A stretch of 64,000 nt of DNA from contig DIPH01000051.1 of assembly GCA_002424045.1 (NCBI GenBank), positions 65,858 to 129,857 on the forward strand. The letters are read 5' to 3'. This document shows, one piece after another, positions 58,264 to 64,000 of this stretch. The position numbers were made by a program, and so were the translations under genes. Each line of letters starts with the position of its first letter. The stretch's first letter is position 1. The notes beneath the pieces were generated by a model. That model was not told the DNA's origin. It did not search any database and saw only the letters and a program-made list of their open reading frames with translations. Source of the DNA: Firmicutes bacterium UBA5493. Lineage in GTDB: Bacteria; Bacillota; Limnochordia; Darwinibacteriales; Darwinibacteriaceae.

Positions 58264-59526
58264 TTATGAATCTACGCCACACCACTTGATTAACAGGCTG
58301 GCATACATATAGATCGCAGTTAAATAGTCTTCTACTCCTATAGCCTCATTAATGCTGTGGGCATCTTCGGGTTTACCAGGACCGAGAACAATTGTTGGAA
58401 TCCCGGTAATGTTCTGAAGCAAGCGTGCATCATTTCCTGCTGGTGAAGCAGTAATTACTTTGCCCTCGGGAATAACTGACTTGGCGACTTTCACCAACTG
58501 GTGCTCAATATCAATTTCATAAGGCTTGCCCTCTTGGTACATTTCCACCCCAACAGGGTTTTCTTGTAGCCATGGTTCTGACGCTTCTAATGATCTTACT
58601 GCTTGCAAGATATCGTCCTCGATGACTGCTTTTGTAAGTCCAGGAAAATAATGGACACAAATCTTAAACTCGCAATCAGGTGGAACAGTAGATCCTGCCT
58701 CTCCTCCATGTATTTCCCCAATATTTAAGGTTGGTGGAGGCATTAAGGGATGCTTGTAATTCATTAGCCACTTATGTTCTAGCTCGTAAAGGCGAGCAAT
58801 GAGCTTGATGGCGTAATCTATGGCATTTTCCCCTTCCCACTTGCGTCCAGAATGGATAGCCTTACCCCGAAAGGAAAACTTATAGAACAAAAATCCCATG
58901 TGGCCAACTTGGAGATGTAAGTCAGTTGGTTCACAGACGACGGCCGCATCAGCCTCACATCCCTCAACAGCAAAGGCTAATGTGCCATTGCCACCGCCCT
59001 CTTCATCAATTACACTCTGGAAATAAACATCCCCTTTCAGGGATAACCCAGCCGACTTTACTAGATCGATGGCTGATAAAGCTGCCATTAAGCCACCTTT
59101 CATGTCCGTGCTTCCTAACCCAAGGATCTTCCCATCAACCTCTTCACCGCTAAAGGGATCAAAATCCCAAAGTTCCCGATTTCCATATGGCATCGTATCT
59201 ACGTGCCCATTTAAAATAATGGAATTGCCTCCGCCACTGCCGCGAAACGTGCCAAGCAAGTTGGGTCGATCGGTATAGTTGTGACCAGGATTACCCTCGC
59301 CATAGTCTTTAATTCCCTTTTGAATAATCTCTTCATTTACTTCGCGAAACTCGGGAACACCACCCATTCTCTCAATTTGTTCTGCTAGCACCTTTTGACC
59401 CTTAAGCTCATTACCGCCATCAATGCCATGACCAATCACGCTGGTATCACATCTGATGAGTTCTTGTAACAAACCAATGTACTTGGTTCTGTTCTTGGTA
59501 AGTGCAGTTTGTAAAATGTCAGTCAT
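58264..59526 (-). CDS. M20-family metallopeptidase (ArgE/DapE/acetylornithine-deacetylase-like)
   Basis: LNGHVDTMP, GLGSTDMKGG and the Zn-ligand pattern of M20 enzymes. Confidence 0.85.
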   Translation of the reverse strand: MTDILQTALTKNRTKYIGLLQELIRCDTSVIGHGIDGGNELKGQKVLAEQIERMGGVPEFREVNEEIIQKGIKDYGEGNPGHNYTDRPNLLGTFRGSGGGNSIILNGHVDTMPYGNRELWDFDPFSGEEVDGKILGLGSTDMKGGLMAALSAIDLVKSAGLSLKGDVYFQSVIDEEGGGNGTLAFAVEGCEADAAVVCEPTDLHLQVGHMGFLFYKFSFRGKAIHSGRKWEGENAIDYAIKLIARLYELEHKWLMNYKHPLMPPPTLNIGEIHGGEAGSTVPPDCEFKICVHYFPGLTKAVIEDDILQAVRSLEASEPWLQENPVGVEMYQEGKPYEIDIEHQLVKVAKSVIPEGKVITASPAGNDARLLQNITGIPTIVLGPGKPEDAHSINEAIGVEDYLTAIYMYASLLIKWCGVDS

Positions 59527-59538
59527 TCAGTCATCACC

Positions 59539-60465
59539 CTAGTATTTCTGGATAGTGTCAATCAAAAGATCCCAGAATCTGTTCTGGTCAAGCTCCAAGG
59601 CTACATCCACATTAGCTGATTTCGCCGTTACTCCATAGAAATCACAGACAGTTCGACCATAACAAGGTCCTTTGCTCGTATCAATAACAACAGGTAGCTT
59701 TTGGGTCTTGATTAAACTGGGGTCGATTACATAGGCCACAGCACACACATCATGCAAAGGCGGAGCTTCGAAGTTGAACTCTCTCTTATACGTGGAGCCA
59801 AAGAACTCCAGCAATTCCACAACCACCTGCGCTACTGGTGAGTTAATCTGACCAATACGGGCCACAACATCCGGATACGCCTTGGCCTGATGTGTAAGAT
59901 CTAAACCAATCATGGTAACCGGTAATCCACTTTCAAAAACTACATGGGCTGCCTCAGGGTCAACATAAATATTGAACTCCGCCGAAGGGGTATGGTTTCC
60001 CATACCATAAGCCCCACCCATCAACACGATCTCTTTGATTCCCTCTTTGATGCGAGGTTCTTTCATAAGTGCCAATGCTATATTGGTTAGTGGTCCAGTG
60101 GGAATCAGAACTAACTCCTTATCGTACTTGAGGCATTCTTCAATAATAAAATCCACAGCACTCTGAGACTCGGCTTGTCGATTCGTCTCGGGGAACTCAG
60201 GTCCATCCAATCCGGAATCGCCATGAATATTATCAGCTATGACCTGGTCTCGAAATAACGGCATACCTTGACCTGCATACACAGGAACACTGATTCCTGC
60301 CAAGCTACAAATATTGAGCGCGTTTTGCAATGTCTTCTCTAACACCTGATTACCGGCAACTACGGTGATCCCCCGCAAATCTAGGCTTTCGTGTTTAGCT
60401 GCCAGCAAAATTGCGACTGCATCATCATGTCCTGGATCCACATCTAGAATAATCTTGGTCTTCAT
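59539..60465 (-). CDS. Inosine-uridine-preferring nucleoside hydrolase
   Basis: N-terminal IILDVDPGHDDAVAILLA (DxDxxxDD Ca-binding motif). Confidence 0.9.
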   Translation of the reverse strand: MKTKIILDVDPGHDDAVAILLAAKHESLDLRGITVVAGNQVLEKTLQNALNICSLAGISVPVYAGQGMPLFRDQVIADNIHGDSGLDGPEFPETNRQAESQSAVDFIIEECLKYDKELVLIPTGPLTNIALALMKEPRIKEGIKEIVLMGGAYGMGNHTPSAEFNIYVDPEAAHVVFESGLPVTMIGLDLTHQAKAYPDVVARIGQINSPVAQVVVELLEFFGSTYKREFNFEAPPLHDVCAVAYVIDPSLIKTQKLPVVIDTSKGPCYGRTVCDFYGVTAKSANVDVALELDQNRFWDLLIDTIQKY

Positions 60466-60479
60466 TGTCCTACTCCTCT

Positions 60480-61403
60480 CTAGAATGGTTGTTTTTGTGT
60501 TAGTCTTCTTTGTTGGCGGATCATACTAAAGGTAATAGCAAAGACAGTTGCCAAATAAGGCATCATCAAAATAAACTGAGACGGAAACCCCATAGTCTGC
60601 AAACGTGCGCCAACACCTTCAGTAAATCCGAAGAATAGGCTAGCAAACCAAGTAGTTATTGGAGCCACTCCTCCAAAGTACATGGCAGCTACGCCAATAA
60701 AACCGCGGCCATTGGTCATGTTTTCAATAAACTGTGTAGTATAACCTAAGGAGAGATGGGCACCGGCCAAACCTCCTAGAACTCCACTAATCAACAAAGC
60801 TTGCACTTTTTTCGTGGTTACACTAATACCACCTGTTTCCACCGCTGCAGGGTGGACACCAGTAAAACGCAAGCGCAAACCCCAGACTGTCTTATAGATA
60901 AGAAAGTTGAACACAAATACTAAAACTATCGCCAGGTAATCCATTAAGTTGTAATTGTTGAATAGAGTGTTGATAACAGGGTGTATTTCTAAAAAGCTCA
61001 GGTTAATTCTAGGGATGGGAGAAATCTGGGGACTATAAAAAGACCCTGCCACCCCGAACCAGTTTGTAAGCAAAAATCTGGTGAAAGCTAGACTAAAGAG
61101 GTTGATCGCGATACCAGCCACAAACACGTCAGCCTTGAATTTCAGGTGAATGAGGGCCATCAAAGCAGCGATTAACACACCAGCAACGACGGCGGCCATA
61201 ATTCCCACTATCCAGCTACCAGACCAATAACTAGCCGCGACCGCGATAAAGGCAGACACTAACATAATGCCTTCAATGCCGATATTGGTAATGTTAGCAA
61301 GCTCAGTCACGATCAATCCGAGGGCAGCTAACAAAATCGGCGTGGACATTCTAACTGTTGCTCGAATCAAAGTCAGGGTAAAAATTTCAGAGAGATCAAA
61401 CAA
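60480..61403 (-). CDS. ABC transporter permease (BMP/nucleoside family, NupQ/YufQ-like)
   Basis: BPD_transp_2-type branched-chain/ribose-like permease. Confidence 0.85.
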   Translation of the reverse strand: MFDLSEIFTLTLIRATVRMSTPILLAALGLIVTELANITNIGIEGIMLVSAFIAVAASYWSGSWIVGIMAAVVAGVLIAALMALIHLKFKADVFVAGIAINLFSLAFTRFLLTNWFGVAGSFYSPQISPIPRINLSFLEIHPVINTLFNNYNLMDYLAIVLVFVFNFLIYKTVWGLRLRFTGVHPAAVETGGISVTTKKVQALLISGVLGGLAGAHLSLGYTTQFIENMTNGRGFIGVAAMYFGGVAPITTWFASLFFGFTEGVGARLQTMGFPSQFILMMPYLATVFAITFSMIRQQRRLTQKQPF

Positions 61404-62466
61404 CCTCAGCTCCTCCCTTCGCTAAAGAGACTCGTTTCCTAATTACAATCAAGGCCTCAGCAGCTGCAAAGAGAATGATAACAGCCTCCATTATCCCTAT
61501 CAATTCTCGGGGAATACCAGTGAATCGCTCCATGCCTATGGCCCCGGATTTTAGGACTGCTAAGAAAAAGGCAACAAAGGGAATTGCTTTTAGATTGTTT
61601 CTTGCTAACAAGGCAACCATGATCCCATCAAATCCATAGCCAACCGAGAAATTATCTAAGAAATAGCCATGAATTCCAATGACTTGAATTGCACCGGTAA
61701 TGCCTCCAATTAGGCCACTTAAAGCCATCGTTCCGATCATGATCCAGCGCGAACGAAAGCCAACATATGTCGCAAAATGAGCATTAAATCCCACAGCTTT
61801 AATCTTGTAACCAATCGTGGTATAATCCATCAACCAGATAAAAAGGACTACAATCCCAAGGGCGATGAAAATGCCTGTATTCGCCCTGCTAGGCATCAGA
61901 ATCTTCGTTAAGCGAGCACTTTCCTGTATAGTTGGAGTCTGAGGTACACCAATATTGGGATTCTTAAAGACGTGATTCACAATATAGCTAGTAAAGAATA
62001 TGGCTACATAGTTAAGCATAATGGTGGTACAAACCTCATTCACCCGCCATGTAGCACGGAGAAACCCGGGGATAACTGCCCATAATGCACCAGCTATGCC
62101 CCCAAGAAGTAAGACCAAGATTATGTGTAAAACACTAGGCAGACCTACGATAATATAACCGAAGTAAGCGGCAACAATTGCCCCAAAATATAGCTGACCC
62201 TCTACCCCTACATTAAAAACGGAAGCCTGCGATGCCACCGCAAAGGCTAAGCCAGACAGCAATAGAGGGACAAATCGTTCTAGTGTACCACCAAAGTTGA
62301 AACGCCCACTAAAAGCACCATTAAGCAGAGCAGTATAAGCTTCAATTACATTGTGACCTTGGATCGCCATCAATGCGGTACCGATAATCAAGCCCAACAA
62401 AACAGCTGCTAATACATTTATTGGTGACTGCAATTTATTCAATCTATCCAAAATACTAGGCTTCAA
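61396..62466 (-). CDS. ABC transporter permease (BMP/nucleoside family, NupP/YufP-like)
   Basis: BPD_transp_2 fold. 8-bp overlap with the next gene. Confidence 0.85.
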   Translation of the reverse strand: MKPSILDRLNKLQSPINVLAAVLLGLIIGTALMAIQGHNVIEAYTALLNGAFSGRFNFGGTLERFVPLLLSGLAFAVASQASVFNVGVEGQLYFGAIVAAYFGYIIVGLPSVLHIILVLLLGGIAGALWAVIPGFLRATWRVNEVCTTIMLNYVAIFFTSYIVNHVFKNPNIGVPQTPTIQESARLTKILMPSRANTGIFIALGIVVLFIWLMDYTTIGYKIKAVGFNAHFATYVGFRSRWIMIGTMALSGLIGGITGAIQVIGIHGYFLDNFSVGYGFDGIMVALLARNNLKAIPFVAFFLAVLKSGAIGMERFTGIPRELIGIMEAVIILFAAAEALIVIRKRVSLAKGGAEVV

Positions 62467-64000
62467 CTACCTCATCCTCCTTTCTCTTCGCTGTCTCGTC
62501 GTATCCGCCACCAGCCATCATTAAGCCCAATACCCGCTCGTTCCCATCAGTAGCTGGTAATATTCCCACAATCTTCCCCTCATACATCACAGCAATGCGA
62601 TCACTTAGAGACATAATCTCTTCAAGATCCGCGGAAACTAGCAAAATGGCCTTGCCTTGCTCGCGCTGTGACAAAAGAATGGAACGGATAAATTCAATAG
62701 ACCCAATATCCACACCCCGGGTAGGATGGGCCGCAATTAGCAAGTCTGCATCTTCGGATACTTCGCGAGCCACAATTACCTTTTGCTTATTCCCACCCGA
62801 GAGATTTTCCGTGCGTATCCGGTGATTAGCGGGACGGATATCATATTCTTTCACTAGCTTAGACGCAAGTGTGTTTACTTCTTGAAACTTAATCACCCGA
62901 TGTTTTGAGAGCGGAGGATTGTCTAGGGTGGTGGCAATCAGATTCTCACCAACGGTCATTTCTTTACATAAGCCCGATGTATTTCGGTCTTCGGGAATAT
63001 GTGCCACACGCCTCTTGCGAATTTCTCCAGGTGACAAGTTGGCGATGGGAGTACCCAAGATAGTGATCTCGCCCTGCTCAATTTTACTAAGCCCAGTTAG
63101 AACTTCGACCAATTCGCTCTGGCCATTGCCATCTACCCCAGCAATGCCCAAGATCTCCCCTGCATGTACCTGGAAGGAAATGTCGGTGAGCTCCGATAGT
63201 TTTCGCCGGCCTTTAGCTGAGACACCTTGCACATTTAAGACGACGGGGCCTGTTTTGGTACTAGGTGCCTTAATATTCAGGAAAACTTCTCTACCAACCA
63301 TCAACATGGCCAATTTTTCTTTTGTAGCATCAGCAACGTCTAGTGTTCCTTGCACTTTTCCATCACGCATAACCGTAATCCGATCGGATATTTCCATCAC
63401 TTCTTGTAACTTATGGGAGATGAAGATGACTGTCTTTCCATGCTGCTTCAACGTATCAATCACCTTAAATAAGTCATCAGTCTCCTGAGGAGTTAACACT
63501 GCTGTGGGCTCATCAAGAATGAGCACTTCAGCTCCTCGATACAAGGCCTTAAGTATTTCCACCCGTTGTGCCTCACCGACCGAGTTATCCATGATTTTAC
63601 TATCTGGGCGAACGGCTAAGCCATATTCCCGTGATAACTCGGTGATTTTATTGAAAGCGTGGTCATAGTCTAATACACTGCGATTATTAGGCTCAAAACC
63701 CAGAATAATATTTTCCAGCACAGTCATAGTCGGGGCCAACATAAATTCTTGATGAACCATACCAATCCCAAAACTCATGGCATCTCTAGCTGAATTAATT
63801 ATTTGCTTCTCTCCCCTGATAAATATATCTCCCATATCAGGTTGAATGACTCCATACAGCACATTCATTAAGGTAGATTTTCCTGCACCATTCTCACCGA
63901 CTAGGGAATGAACCTCACCTTCGAGCAAAGAAAAGTCCACTTCTTTTAACGCAATTACATTAGGAAATTGTTTAATGATCCCAGATAGCTTTACTAATGG
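62456..64000 (-). CDS. ABC transporter ATP-binding protein with duplicated ATPase domains (nucleoside/BMP family); 5' end beyond the window
   Basis: Two Walker A boxes (GENGAGKST; GVDGNGQSEL) and two signature/Walker B sets. The reading frame stays open to the window edge (…PLVKLSGIIKQFPNVIALKEVDFSLL). Confidence 0.85.
   Translation of the reverse strand, partial: PLVKLSGIIKQFPNVIALKEVDFSLLEGEVHSLVGENGAGKSTLMNVLYGVIQPDMGDIFIRGEKQIINSARDAMSFGIGMVHQEFMLAPTMTVLENIILGFEPNNRSVLDYDHAFNKITELSREYGLAVRPDSKIMDNSVGEAQRVEILKALYRGAEVLILDEPTAVLTPQETDDLFKVIDTLKQHGKTVIFISHKLQEVMEISDRITVMRDGKVQGTLDVADATKEKLAMLMVGREVFLNIKAPSTKTGPVVLNVQGVSAKGRRKLSELTDISFQVHAGEILGIAGVDGNGQSELVEVLTGLSKIEQGEITILGTPIANLSPGEIRKRRVAHIPEDRNTSGLCKEMTVGENLIATTLDNPPLSKHRVIKFQEVNTLASKLVKEYDIRPANHRIRTENLSGGNKQKVIVAREVSEDADLLIAAHPTRGVDIGSIEFIRSILLSQREQGKAILLVSADLEEIMSLSDRIAVMYEGKIVGILPATDGNERVLGLMMAGGGYDETAKRKEDEVVEA

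Noticed and set aside
1-64000. Mobile elements, integrases, prophage genes, tRNA or rRNA genes
   Set aside because: No transposase, recombinase, phage structural or cloverleaf-like sequence was recognisable. The decay zones are interpreted as scars rather than resident mobile elements.

Overview
The window is 64 kb of chromosome from a Gram-positive, Firmicutes-like and probably anaerobic bacterium (rubrerythrin, nitroreductase and an Rnf/Nqr-type complex; GGAGG-type RBSs; about 47% GC by eye). It is densely coding. I found no rRNA, tRNA, CRISPR array, transposase or integrase.

Gene content from left to right:
- A partial rubrerythrin, a NodB polysaccharide deacetylase, and a HigB toxin paired with a HigA antitoxin whose C-terminus carries an ImmA/IrrE (HEXXH) peptidase domain.
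- An FMN-binding membrane protein and an amidohydrolase.
- A BceRS-BceAB-type two-component system with its ABC detoxification module.
- A threonine aldolase, an M24 peptidase, a frameshifted hexapeptide acetyltransferase, a Gfo/Idh/MocA oxidoreductase and a GNAT acetyltransferase.
- A sugar ABC importer (binding protein plus two permeases), an HD hydrolase, a nitroreductase, and an AraC/GyrI-like protein with an internal HTH deletion.
- A 7-gene operon (about 21.3-26.1 kb, minus strand) encoding an NqrA-less, RnfC/B-less Nqr/Rnf-like membrane redox complex (D/B-, G/C-, E/D-, A/E-like and NqrF-like), with an unknown 154-aa protein and a rubrerythrin-like diiron protein at its tail. This is the most unusual system in the window.
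- A divergent cold-shock pair (csp and a DEAD-box helicase) with structured leaders.
- An Opp-type ABC importer with a consensus sigma-A promoter and a long leader.
- A decayed stretch (about 34.4-36.9 kb) with an orphan ahpC and a C-terminal fragment of a methyl-accepting chemotaxis protein.
- A large glycan-utilisation locus (36.9-49.5 kb): a GH38 alpha-mannosidase, a DUF2961/GH172-like hydrolase, two SIS-isomerase/PfkB-kinase pairs, a HAD phosphatase, an unknown 320-aa protein and an ABC importer.
- A pseudogene-rich junction (49.5-52.9 kb) with a frameshifted P-type ATPase fragment, an intact DUF4143 AAA ATPase, a frameshifted LacI fragment and a truncated binding protein.
- A UgpBAE-like sugar importer, a degenerate HicA/HicB remnant, a ThuA-like protein, an M20 peptidase, an inosine-uridine nucleoside hydrolase, and a BMP-type nucleoside ABC importer that runs off the window end.
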